Counted from the stretch's first letter, positions 29,061-38,751 are shown. The stretch is DNA of 64,000 nt from an uncultured bacterium (GCA_963749445.1 CAVVMJ010000010.1:254021-318020); one strand, 5' to 3'. The notes: generated from the sequence alone by a model not told the origin. Translations and numbers: made by a program.

Positions 29061-29969
29061 CTACTTTCTTGATTGAACTCCGTGGCCTCCAAATTGTTTC
29101 CTCAATAGTGCCACAATTTTATTGGAAAATTTTTCCTGATTTTTTTTGTCTGAGGATTCTTGACGCACTTTTAATGAATCTTCAATGACGCGCGCGTCCA
29201 CACCCAATTCTTTAGCCGCGCTCACGGTCCATTCCCCCTCGCCGGTAGCCTCGATGAATCCCGATGTTGATTCAATGTCTTCGTTTTCAAAAATATCGCG
29301 CACCAAGTCAATCAGCCAGCTTTTGATTACCGACCCTTCCTGGTAAATTTTGGTAACCTGGTTTAAATCCAATTTAAATTCACTCGCATGCAGCACGCCG
29401 TAGCCCTCAGCGATTGATTCCATCATCCCGTACTCAATGCCGTTATGCACCATTTTAACAAAATGCCCAGCGCCGTTTTTGCCGACCAGCCCATAGTTCT
29501 CTCCGGATGATAAAGCCTTCATCAGCGGCTCAATTTTTGGCCACTGCTCCTTTGGCCCGCCGACCATAAGCGCGAAACCGTTTTTTTCGCCCCACACTCC
29601 CCCGCTAGTACCACAATCATAAAACACTATCCCCTTAGCCCTTAGCCCTTCTGCCCTCCTGATGGAATCTTTATAGAAAGAGTTACCGCCGTCTATTACA
29701 ATATCGCCGGGCTTTAAATGCGGGCCGAGCTGGTTTTGCAAAAATTCGTCCACAATTTTGTGCGGCAGCATCAGCCAGAAAACTCGCGACTGATCAGTCA
29801 TATTTTTCAACAGCCGCCCAACATCAGCGAACGCCTTTACTCCGGCCTTGGCGACTTCTTCGCGCGGACCGGCCGACCGGTTCCACGCCAAAATCTCAAA
29901 CCCGCAGCTTTGCAGCCGCCGCGCAATCTGCCCGCCCATTTTGCCTAACCCAAATATCGCTACTTTCAT
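29061..29969 (-). CDS. gnd: 6-phosphogluconate dehydrogenase, decarboxylating, short (about 300 aa) NAD(P)-binding form
   Basis: Rossmann N-terminus MKVAIFGLGKMGGQIARRL plus the 6PGDH C-domain. Adjacent to zwf. Confidence 0.8.
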   Translation of the reverse strand: MKVAIFGLGKMGGQIARRLQSCGFEILAWNRSAGPREEVAKAGVKAFADVGRLLKNMTDQSRVFWLMLPHKIVDEFLQNQLGPHLKPGDIVIDGGNSFYKDSIRRAEGLRAKGIVFYDCGTSGGVWGEKNGFALMVGGPKEQWPKIEPLMKALSSGENYGLVGKNGAGHFVKMVHNGIEYGMMESIAEGYGVLHASEFKLDLNQVTKIYQEGSVIKSWLIDLVRDIFENEDIESTSGFIEATGEGEWTVSAAKELGVDARVIEDSLKVRQESSDKKNQEKFSNKIVALLRKQFGGHGVQSRK

Positions 29970-30406
29970 AACTTTATGAAATATTGGGTAATAATAAAAG
30001 TTAACGCCACGCCTTCAACCACGGCAAAAACAACGTCAAAAAAGCTGTGGCCGCTGAAGTCCAGTAAAATTTTGTCCTTGATGATTGTCCGCAAAGCAAG
30101 GTCTTGGCTTTTGGCAAAATAGCTTTCAAAAATCAGCTCCCGCTTGTGATCTTCCAACAGGCCGTAAATGATTATCAGCGCCAAAAACAGGCAAAAACCG
30201 AACAGTGCGCCAAGTCCCTGGCTCAAACCGACTAAATACAGCGCCGAGGTCAGCACCGCCGTATGCGCGCTGGGAAAGCTGCCGACCCACAAGACCGACC
30301 AGGAAAAACGATTGTCGAGAATGTTCCGCCGGCGCTTAAGCAGCACAAAAAATTTAATCAGCTGGTTAACAATATAGACTATCAGCGGCACCAAAATGAA
30401 TTTCAT
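29966..30406 (-). CDS. divergent PAP2 (DUF212, YuiD-like) family membrane protein
   Basis: 146 aa with a GSFPSAHTA motif and 3-4 TMS. Confidence 0.5.
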   Translation of the reverse strand: MKFILVPLIVYIVNQLIKFFVLLKRRRNILDNRFSWSVLWVGSFPSAHTAVLTSALYLVGLSQGLGALFGFCLFLALIIIYGLLEDHKRELIFESYFAKSQDLALRTIIKDKILLDFSGHSFFDVVFAVVEGVALTFIITQYFIKL

Positions 30407-30447
30407 ACTGTCTTAATTATAGCAAAAAATTGCCTTCTTGCCGATTT

Positions 30448-31056
30448 TTAATCTTTGATCCGCAAACTCGCCCAAAGATGACGGCTGGCAACGGTTTTAT
30501 ACGGGTGCCAGGCATCCAACAATTTTTCCAGTTTTCGATGGTGACGTTTTGCGTCTATCTTATATAGTTTTTTCAAACCATTGCGCAAACCCAAATCGCC
30601 GGCAGAAAAAACGTTCGGCCGCGCCAGGGAAAACATCAAAAACATTTCCGCGGTCCAGCGCCCGATGCCCTTTATGGTTATCAGTTGGCTGATAATTTCC
30701 TCATCCTCCATTTGCGAAAACTTTTTAAACTCCACATTCCCCTTTTCCACAGAACGGGCGAGATTCTTGATGTAGGATATTTTTTGGAACGACAGCCCGG
30801 CTGTGCGCAATTTTTTATCAGAAACTTTTAAAACCTCAGTTGGTTTGGGAAACCGCCCCATAAATAAATCGCGAAATCTTTTTTCTATCGTGGCCGCGGC
30901 CTTGCCCGAAAGTTGCTGGTTGATAATAGAAACCACCAAAGATTCAAAATGATTGCGGCGGGTCCTCAGCGGCATCACTTTGGCGCGCTTAATTACCGCG
31001 GCCATTATCGGGTCTGCCTTAGAAAGATGCAATAATGCCTGTTTATGATGATCCAT
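30448..31056 (-). CDS. DNA-3-methyladenine glycosylase II / HhH-GPD family base-excision glycosylase
   Basis: HhH-GPD motif (IKGIGRWTAEMFLMFSLARPNVFSAGDLGLRNG). Confidence 0.75.
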   Translation of the reverse strand: MDHHKQALLHLSKADPIMAAVIKRAKVMPLRTRRNHFESLVVSIINQQLSGKAAATIEKRFRDLFMGRFPKPTEVLKVSDKKLRTAGLSFQKISYIKNLARSVEKGNVEFKKFSQMEDEEIISQLITIKGIGRWTAEMFLMFSLARPNVFSAGDLGLRNGLKKLYKIDAKRHHRKLEKLLDAWHPYKTVASRHLWASLRIKD

Positions 31057-31105
31057 AAAGGTACTATATCAGTATTTCGCTACTTTTTAAAAACGTGGGC
31101 TTAAA

Positions 31106-31207
31106 GTTGGTGGGCATCTTCACGCGGTAACAAAGGCTAATCGATATTTATAAGCAGGCGCATCAGCCATTGTCAACAATAAACAACCTTAAAGATTCCC
31201 ATCAAAC
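31106..31207. repeat. TIR-element copy D4 (GTTGGTGGGCATCTTCACG ... TTAAAGATTCCCATCAAAC), partly degenerate
   Basis: Terminal motifs match family D, with imperfect pairing. Confidence 0.6.
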
Positions 31208-31450
31208 ATATTGGCAATCAGGGAGGTAACTTAAACAATTATTGCCTAAGATAAGACCAAAATCAATAAAATCATTGACAAAATTATTTAGATGTGACAT
31301 AATGTATAAACTAATCAATCTATTAGACTCGTACTCATACTTATCTGAAATACTGAAATATTTCCGACCTTTGAGAAAACGGGTCGGAAATATTATTTAT
31401 GACACCACCCTTCGGCTCCGCTCAGGGTTTCGGTGTCTAAATTGTAAAAC

Positions 31451-32852
31451 TATGATACCTCAACAACCTACGTTTGACGGCCTGGGCATTGCGCCAAAAC
31501 TTTTAGAGATACTTGACAGGCTCCAATTTAAAACGCCCACGCCAATCCAGCTCCAGTCCATTCCGACCGCCCTGCAAGGCAAGGACATTATGGGCATTGC
31601 CCAAACCGGCACGGGCAAAACCCTGGCTTTCGGCATACCCATGATCCAACGCCTGGCAAAGGACAAAGGCCGTGGCCTGATTATTCTGCCCACGCGCGAA
31701 CTCGCCGTGCAGGTGGATGAAGCCTTAAACAAACTCGGCCGGCCCATTGGGCTGAAGACCGCGGTGTTAATCGGCGGGGAAAACATCGGCAAGCAAATCC
31801 GCCAGCTAAGAAACAACCCGCACATTATTATTGCCACGCCGGGAAGGCTGATTGACCATTTGGAACAAAAAACCGTCCGACTCAACGACGTCGTAATTTT
31901 GATTTTGGATGAGGCCGACCGCATGCTGGATATGGGTTTTGCGCCGCAGATAAAAAAAATCCTGGTCACCGTACCGGCCAAAAGGCAGACCATGCTGTTT
32001 TCCGCAACCATGCCCCAGGAAATTGTGCAAATTGCCAACTCTTATATGCAGCTGCCCGTACGCGTGGAAGTTGCCCCGTCCGGCACCGCGGCGCAACTGG
32101 TAACCCACGAGCTGTTTTTTGTCCATAAGCAGGACAAAATGGCGCTGCTGGAAAACCTGCTTAAAGAATACAAAGGCAGCGTGCTGATTTTTTCCCGCAC
32201 CAAATTCGGCGCCAAAAAAATCGCGGCCAGCCTGAACCGCTTGGGTCACACGGCCGCGGAAATCCACAGTAACCGTTCACTAAACCAACGCCTGGAGGCC
32301 CTAAACGGCTTTAAGGTCGGCAAATACAGGGTTTTGGTAGCCACGGACATTGCCGCGCGCGGCATAGATGTTACCGGCATTGAACTGGTCATAAATTTTG
32401 ATTTACCGGAACAGGCCGAAGATTACGTGCACCGGATTGGCCGGACCGGCCGCGCCGAACACAGCGGCCACGCCATCTCCTTTGCCACGCCCGAGCAAAA
32501 ATTTGATGTCCGCGCCATTGAACGGCTCATTAAAAAACAATTACCCGTCTCTCCCCTGCCGGCGCTCCCCGAAAGAAAAATTACGGACGATTATTCTCCC
32601 GTGCGCCAACACCGCAGCACAGGTTTTGGCGGTTTCCGCAGGCCTGACCGGCATTCGCGCGACAGCTTTGGCAGCCACGGCCAATCCCGGCCGTCACAAA
32701 CCCCCGAGCCTTTGCGCAGCCGTTTTGCCCGCCACAGTCGCTCGAGCAGCGACGTGGCCCGCAGGACCGGGCCGCCATCAAGCGGCCAAAAATTCCGCCC
32801 CCGCCGGCAATTCAAAACCTTCCGCCGCATGCCCCAGGACAGATCGTTCTAA
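31451..32852 (+). CDS. DEAD-box ATP-dependent RNA helicase with an Arg/Ser/Pro-rich C-terminal tail
   Basis: Q-motif, Walker A AQTGTGKT, PTRELA, DEAD, SAT, HRIGRTGR. The track ORF begins at 31242, but the likely start is the M at 31451. The leader contains a 12-bp perfect-stem hairpin (atatttccgacc...ggtcggaaatat). Confidence 0.85.
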
Positions 32853-32857
32853 TCGAT

Positions 32858-32900
32858 ATAAAACCGCCTTTCGAGCGTAATCGAGAAGCGGTTTTTTAAA
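32858..32900. terminator. bidirectional terminator between convergent genes
   Basis: aaaaccgcctttcgagcgtaatcgagaagcggtttttt. Confidence 0.5.
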
Positions 32901-32916
32901 TTTCCAATCAACCAAT

Positions 32917-33300
32917 CTAAAACAAATTAAATTCCGAATCCTTATTCAAGGCAAAACTGTTGTCGCCGTTTTCATCCCTGAATTGGCGCACGATGCCCCG
33001 GGCTTCCAGTTGGCCCAAATACTGCACGGCCTGCGACTCTTCTACCAAAAGCGCTTGGATTACTTCCTGCATGGTAGCTCCCTCGCTATGCCCCAACAAA
33101 AAATTATAGAGTTTCTCCAGATTTTCCGCGTTCTCCTGGGCTTGTTTTGTCAGCCGGATCTGTTCCCGGCCGCCGGCCACGCTTTGCCGGCGCCAAATAA
33201 ACAAAACCAAGCCGATGCCCAACAGGACCCAGCACCGACTAGAACTACTTTGATTATCTCTGCATCCGACATTAAGCAATAAATTAATTCTTCTAGCCAA
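32917..33300 (-). CDS. membrane-anchored protein with a C-terminal winged-helix-like domain (paralog-like to 4964..5440)
   Basis: 127 aa. N-terminal TM, then ENLEKLYNFLLGHSEGATMQEVIQALLVEESQAVQYLGQLEARGIV. Confidence 0.4.
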   Translation of the reverse strand: MARRINLLLNVGCRDNQSSSSRCWVLLGIGLVLFIWRRQSVAGGREQIRLTKQAQENAENLEKLYNFLLGHSEGATMQEVIQALLVEESQAVQYLGQLEARGIVRQFRDENGDNSFALNKDSEFNLF

Positions 33301-33445
33301 ATTATAGCTTATTTTAACTGGAATGCAAACTCCGCCTTAGTTTTGCTAAATCGATGGCCAAAAAATCACGTGGGATATTTGTCTGATATCGGAAATTCAA
33401 CAAATCCTGTCTTGATTCATTCTTCATTATTCATTATTCTGAATA

Positions 33446-34930
33446 CTACCTCGTCTGCCACTTCCGGTCGTCTTTGGCCATAAGCTCGTCCGACTGCTTG
33501 GGGCCGTTACGCCCAGGTTTGTACTTATAAAGCGGCAGGCTCCTAAACACCGGGCTGTCGGTAATGCTGTCCACGAATTTCCAGGCGGCCTCTATTTCGT
33601 CGCTACGGATAAATAAGCGCTGGTCGCCCTCCATAAAATCGAGCAGCAGCCGTTCGTAAGCCGACGGGATTTCGCTCTGGAAATTTTTTTGGTAGCCAAA
33701 CTCGTAATCGCCCTGGTGGAGCTGGATGCCAAAGCCGGGCACTTTGTTGTTGAGCCGCAAATGCACGGACTCGTCCGGCTGGATACGGAAAGTCAAAACA
33801 TTGGCCGCGCAGCCTTCAAACAGGCAGCGCGCCTGTTCGCGGAAATGGATGGAAATTTCCGTGAGTTTTTTGCTCAGGCGTTTGCCGGTGCGCAAATAAA
33901 ACGGCACGCCGGCCCAGCGCGGCAAATTTATGTAAGTTTTTAGGGCAAAAAAAGTTTCCGTGGCGCTTGTCCCGCCCTTGGGGCTTAGGCTTTTGATGTC
34001 TTTGGCATAACCTTAGTACTGGCCCAAAACCAGCCGCGCCGGCAACTTGTCCGGCCCCAGAATCTGGAGCGCGTTAAGAACGCGCAGTTTTTCGTTGCGG
34101 ATCATGTCCGCAGTCAGCTGGTACGGCTCTTCCATGGCAATCAACGCCAACATTTGCAAAATATGATTTTGTAAAAAATCTTTAATCGCCCCGGTCCGGT
34201 CGTAATACGCGGCGCGGCCGCCCACGCTGTCTTTTTCCAAAACCGAAATTTCCACGTGCTCAATGAAGCGATTATTCCACAGCGGCTCAAACAAAGAATT
34301 GGCAAAACGCACCACCATCAAATTCTGCACCGTTTCCTTGCCCGCGTAATGGTCAATGCGGTAAATTTGGTCTTCGGCAAAATACTTGAGCAACAGGGCG
34401 TTTAAATCCCGCGCGGATTTTAAATTAAAGCCAAAAGGTTTCTCCGCCAAAATCCGGACTTTGCGCCCGTGTGCCGCGCAAGCGGAAAGCAGGCCGGTCT
34501 GCTTTAAAATTCGGGCGATGGAAGCGAAAAACTGCGGGCTGGTTGCAAAATAATATAACCGGTTAAAACACTTATGCCGAGGCTGTTCTTTGGTTTCCAA
34601 AAGTTTAGTTAGCGGGCCAAAAGACGATACATCCGTAAAATCGCCCTGAAAATAAGTCAAATTGCGCAAAAAATGCTGGCGCTGTTTTTGGGTGATTTTT
34701 TTAATGACCGAAGATTTTTTAACAATGAAGTCAAGATATTTTTCGCTGGTCAGAGGCCTCCTGCCCACGCAAACCAGCTGGAAATCTGCCGGCAGCATGC
34801 CTTCCTGGTCCATATGAAGTAGCGCCGGCAGCAGGTAGTCGGAGGACAAATCGCCGGTGGCGCCAAAGATGGTCAAAACCGTGGGCGGCAACTTTTGAAT
34901 TAAATAATGGAACCCAAAGCCATGTTTCAT
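33446..34930 (-). pseudogene. zwf: glucose-6-phosphate dehydrogenase (zwf) interrupted by a single in-frame TAA at 34013..34015
   Basis: N-terminal ORF has GATGDL, EKPFG, RIDHYAGKE and ends ...LVLGQY*. The same frame continues as GYAKDIKSLSPKGGTSATETFFALKTYINLPRWAGVPFYLRTGKRL..., which is the G6PD C-domain. The two halves are in one frame. Confidence 0.8.
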
Positions 34931-34989
34931 AAAAACCCCGATTTAACTATACATCAAGAAACCTAGTAAGACAATCCCCTGTTAATGCC

Positions 34990-35090
34990 TTGATGGGCAC
35001 CTTCGAGGTTGTAGTTTAGTTGACGGTCATAGACGCGCTGATTAATGAAAATCGACAAACCTATTTTGTCGCACGAAGGTGCCCATCAAG
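34990..35090. repeat. TIR-element copy D5 (TTGATGGGCACCTTCGAGG ... CACGAAGGTGCCCATCAAG)
   Basis: Terminal inverted repeats with compensatory substitutions (GGGCACCTTCG / CGAAGGTGCCC). Confidence 0.7.
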
Positions 35091-35161
35091 CGCATCAAAA
35101 AAATTTATGCCAACTCCGGCATAATAGTGTATAATACCAATAACCATTAACAATTTTTTCT

Positions 35162-35392
35162 ATGAGCTATTACGAACACCACAAGCGTTCCCTGGCAAAA
35201 ACCATTGGTTTCCACACCTTAATAATTTTGGCGGATTTAGTCGTGGTTTTTGTCATTACCCACCAATACCAAATCACCATCAGTATAATCTTGTTTACCA
35301 ATTTGATGAGCGGCTTGATTTACTTTTTGCACGAACGCGCCTGGAACCGCATCCACTGGGGGAAAAGCAGTTTGGAAATAGAGTTAAAATAA
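35162..35392 (+). CDS. DUF2061-family small membrane protein
   Basis: 76 aa with two TM helices. Matches the DUF2061 pattern (HKRSLAKTIGFHTL ... FLHERAWNRIHWGK). Confidence 0.5.
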   Translation: MSYYEHHKRSLAKTIGFHTLIILADLVVVFVITHQYQITISIILFTNLMSGLIYFLHERAWNRIHWGKSSLEIELK

Positions 35393-35394
35393 CA

Positions 35395-35455
35395 ACAACG
35401 ATAACTATAACCATAACCATAACCATAACAAAACCAGCCGTTATGGTTATTTTTT
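35395..35455. terminator. bidirectional terminator preceded by an (ATAACC)x4 microsatellite
   Basis: ataaccataaccataaccataacaaaaccagccgttatggttattttttatt. Confidence 0.5.
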
Positions 35456-35459
35456 ATTG

Positions 35460-36482
35460 TTATTGTTCTTTACCTTTTATATCGGTTCTGTAGATACCCA
35501 CCAGGGCCACAAAAATTGCCATCAAAATCGGGCCGAGCAAAACGCCCAAGACACCGAAGCTGACTACCCCGCCCAAAATGGCGAAGATAGTCAACAGCGG
35601 GTGCAGGCGGACCCGGGCCGAGACCAGCTTGGCCGCCAAAACGTTGTCAATGAGCGCCACTGAGGCCGCGGCCCAAATGGCCATGCCCACTGCCGCGCCA
35701 AAATGGCCGGTGACATACAAAAAACCGATGGCCGGCAGCCAGACCAAAGACGTGCCAAAGGTCGGCACGAACGCGGCCACGAACATTGCGCAACCCCACA
35801 ACAGGCTGTTGGGCAGCCCAAAAATCGAAAAACCGATAAACGCGGCGGTGGAAATGGACAGCACCACCAAAAACTGACCCTTGATTACGCCGCTCACCGC
35901 CTGGGTGAGTTTGTTGAACAAGATATTTTCGTTGGCCGCGGACAAAGGCAAAATATCTTTCAATAATTTTTTTATGGCGTCACCGTCGCGCAGCAAAAAG
36001 AAAGTGGAAAACGCCACCACAACCAAAGAGCCAAACAGCCAGCCCAAAGATGATAGCAGGCCGGAAAGCGAGGCGAACGCCTGGCTCGTAAGCTGGGCCA
36101 CCCATGCGTGAATGTCAACATTAAAGCTAATGGCTAATTGCTGCAAAGGCTGGGGCAAGCTGTGCACAAAAGCGCTGGACTGCCCGGGCAAATTACCCAG
36201 GTTCAGGGACCTATAAAAATTCGCCAACTCAAAAAATACCTGCTGGCCAATCAGCAGCACCGGCCCGGCAATGATGATGGCGATCAGCAACACCACAAAG
36301 CCCGCGTTTAAATTGGGCGCTTTGAGATGCCGCTCCAGGCGTTCGTAAAGCGGATGGAACAACACGGCCAAAATCAAGGCAAAAGCCAGCAGCTCCCAAA
36401 ACGGCCAAAAAATCTTTAATACGATTAGCGCCGCCGCCGCCAGCAGCACAAAGAACCCGATGGTTTGTGTTTTTTGTTTCAT
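35460..36482 (-). CDS. AI-2E family transporter (PerM/YhhT, UPF0118)
   Basis: 340 aa, 7-8 TMS, with AI-2E-like topology and motifs. Confidence 0.7.
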   Translation of the reverse strand: MKQKTQTIGFFVLLAAAALIVLKIFWPFWELLAFALILAVLFHPLYERLERHLKAPNLNAGFVVLLIAIIIAGPVLLIGQQVFFELANFYRSLNLGNLPGQSSAFVHSLPQPLQQLAISFNVDIHAWVAQLTSQAFASLSGLLSSLGWLFGSLVVVAFSTFFLLRDGDAIKKLLKDILPLSAANENILFNKLTQAVSGVIKGQFLVVLSISTAAFIGFSIFGLPNSLLWGCAMFVAAFVPTFGTSLVWLPAIGFLYVTGHFGAAVGMAIWAAASVALIDNVLAAKLVSARVRLHPLLTIFAILGGVVSFGVLGVLLGPILMAIFVALVGIYRTDIKGKEQ

Positions 36483-36753
36483 TTTAGATGATACTGATAT
36501 ACGGATTAATACGGATGATACCGATAATACTAATACGGTTAAATATCCGTATTATCGGTATTATCAGTATGCATCAGTATATCGGTATCTCATGTATATT
36601 ATAGCAAATTATTGACATTATTGTAAATTAATGCTATATTTTAAGCTACTTCCCGAAAAGTAGCGCGGGATTTTTTAGTGAACTAATTAAAAACAATTTC
36701 GAATTGCGTATTACGAATTCTTAATCCGTAATGCGTAATCCGTAATACTCAAA

Positions 36754-38706
36754 ATGAAAAGGGATAACATACGAAACATCGCCATTATCGCCCACGTGGA
36801 CCACGGCAAGACTACGCTGGTGGATGCCATGCTAAAGCAAACCCACAGCATCAAAGACGACGCCGCGGATTTGGTAATGGACAGTATGGATTTGGAGCGC
36901 GAGCGCGGCATTACTATCAAAGCAAAAAATGCATCTCTGATATATAATGGGGTAAAAATAAATATTGTAGATACGCCAGGCCACGCGGATTTTGGCGGCG
37001 AAGTGGAGAGAACTTTAAAAATGGCCGACGGCGTCCTGCTTTTGGTGGACGCCAAAGAAGGCCCAATGCCCCAAACCAAATTCGTGCTCAAAAAAGCTTT
37101 GGAGCTCGGACTTAAAGCCATTGTCGTCATCAATAAAGTGGACAAGCCCGACGCCCAGGTTGACCACAGTGTCAATCATACTTTTGATTTGTTCGTCAAA
37201 CTAAACGCCACCCACAACCAATTGGATTTTCCGATTATTTATGCTTCGGGGGTAAGGGGTCTGGCGGATTTGAATTTGGAAAATCTTTTGGAAAAAATCT
37301 CCGCCCAAGGCGGATCCGCCTCCGGCGGAAAATACTCTGGCGAACCCGACGTCTCTCCCCTGTTTGACGCCATCATCAAATACATCCCCGCCCCGGAAGT
37401 GGAAATGGAAGATGCCTTTGCCGTGCAAATTTTGGCTTTGGCTTACGACAACTACTTGGGCCGCCTGGGCATCGGCAAAGTGTTTTCGGGGAGCTGTAAA
37501 AAAAACCAGAACGCCATGCTGATTAAACAGAGCGGCGAGCGGATGACCTCTAAAATTACTTCCCTGCAAATGTACGAAGGCTTAAAACAAATTGACGTGG
37601 AAGAAGCCGTGGCCGGCGACATTGTGGCTTTTGGCGGCTTTGACGACATCCACATTGGCGACGTTTTAACCGATCCCCTAAATCCCAAAACCCTGCCGCC
37701 CGTGGAAATTGAGCCGCCCACAATAAAGATGACCTTTGGCGTCAACACTTCCCCGTTTGCCGGCCGCGAAGGCAAGTATGTGACCTCGCGCCAGTTGCGC
37801 GAACGCTTAATTAAGGAACTGGAAACCAATGTGGCGCTAAAGGTCCAGGGCTTGGAACAGGGTTCGGATTCGTTTTTGGTGTCCGGCCGCGGCGAACTGC
37901 ATTTGGCGGTTTTAGTGGAAACCATGCGGCGCGAAGGTTTTGAACTGCAGGTTTCCCAACCCGAAGTTATCTACCATTATCAAAGGCCGGACGGTTCTTC
38001 GTCCCCTCTCCCTTTGGGAGAGGGCCAGCCTGCCCGCCAAAGCCTTGGCGACGGCGGGGGTGAGGGTTCGGAGAAAATGACAAAACTCGAGCCATACGAA
38101 ATTCTAACGATTGATGTCCCTTCCGAACACCAGGGCGTCGTAATTGAAGAACTCGGCAAGCGCGGCGGACAAATGCAAATCCTGGAAACCGGCCACGGCG
38201 GCGACGTGCACGCCGAATATTTAATCCCTACGCGTGGCTTGATTGGCTTAAAAAACCTGCTGATGACGCGCACCCGCGGCACCGTGGTCATAAATAATCT
38301 TTTTGACAGTTATAGGCCCGTGCACGACATAGACACCCGCAGCAACGAACACGGCAGCTTGATTGCCTCAGAGTCCGGCCAAAGCAACTCTTACGGCTTA
38401 AACAACGCCCAGCAGCGCGGCATGTTGTTTATCGGCCCGGCCGTTGACGTTTACGAGGGCATGGTGGTGGGCAAAAATTCCGTGGACAGCGATTTGGAAT
38501 TAAACGTCTGCCGCACCAAAAAACTCACCAACATCCGCTCCTCCAGCTCCGATGAAGCCATTATTTTAACTCCTCCGCGTCCGGTGGAACTGGACTTCGC
38601 TCTGGAATACATCGGCGCCGACGAGCTGGTAGAAGTTACGCCGCAGTCCATCAGGATAAGAAAGCGGATATTAAACGCCACCGAACGCAAACGCGCCGCG
38701 AAATAA
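36754..38706 (+). CDS. typA: translational GTPase TypA/BipA, with two in-frame insertions derived from repeat elements
   Basis: G1 AHVDHGKTT, G3 DTPGH, G4 NKVD. Collinear with E. coli BipA throughout. It is 650 aa rather than the usual about 605, because of inserts at about 37300..37340 (GGCGGATCCGCC palindrome, peptide AQGGSASGGKYSGEP) and about 37985..38075 (family-B repeat, peptide RPDGSSSPLPLGEGQPARQSLGDGGGEGSE). Confidence 0.9.
   Translation: MKRDNIRNIAIIAHVDHGKTTLVDAMLKQTHSIKDDAADLVMDSMDLERERGITIKAKNASLIYNGVKINIVDTPGHADFGGEVERTLKMADGVLLLVDAKEGPMPQTKFVLKKALELGLKAIVVINKVDKPDAQVDHSVNHTFDLFVKLNATHNQLDFPIIYASGVRGLADLNLENLLEKISAQGGSASGGKYSGEPDVSPLFDAIIKYIPAPEVEMEDAFAVQILALAYDNYLGRLGIGKVFSGSCKKNQNAMLIKQSGERMTSKITSLQMYEGLKQIDVEEAVAGDIVAFGGFDDIHIGDVLTDPLNPKTLPPVEIEPPTIKMTFGVNTSPFAGREGKYVTSRQLRERLIKELETNVALKVQGLEQGSDSFLVSGRGELHLAVLVETMRREGFELQVSQPEVIYHYQRPDGSSSPLPLGEGQPARQSLGDGGGEGSEKMTKLEPYEILTIDVPSEHQGVVIEELGKRGGQMQILETGHGGDVHAEYLIPTRGLIGLKNLLMTRTRGTVVINNLFDSYRPVHDIDTRSNEHGSLIASESGQSNSYGLNNAQQRGMLFIGPAVDVYEGMVVGKNSVDSDLELNVCRTKKLTNIRSSSSDEAIILTPPRPVELDFALEYIGADELVEVTPQSIRIRKRILNATERKRAAK
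37985..38075. repeat. GC-rich palindromic repeat, family B (copy B3), in-frame inside typA
   Basis: cccctctccctttgggagaggg dyad plus aagccttggcgacggcgggggtgagggttcgg, similar to copy B2. Confidence 0.6.
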
Positions 38707-38751
38707 TTTCAATGTGTCATTCCGGCCTCCGAGCCGGAATCTATCTTTAAG

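Noticed and set aside
33926-34015. Alternative genetic code (stop-codon reassignment) as an explanation for the in-frame TAA in zwf
   Set aside because: TAA, TAG and TGA are all used as bona fide terminators by well-conserved neighbouring genes whose C-termini align with orthologs. A single in-frame TAA is better explained by mutation or error.
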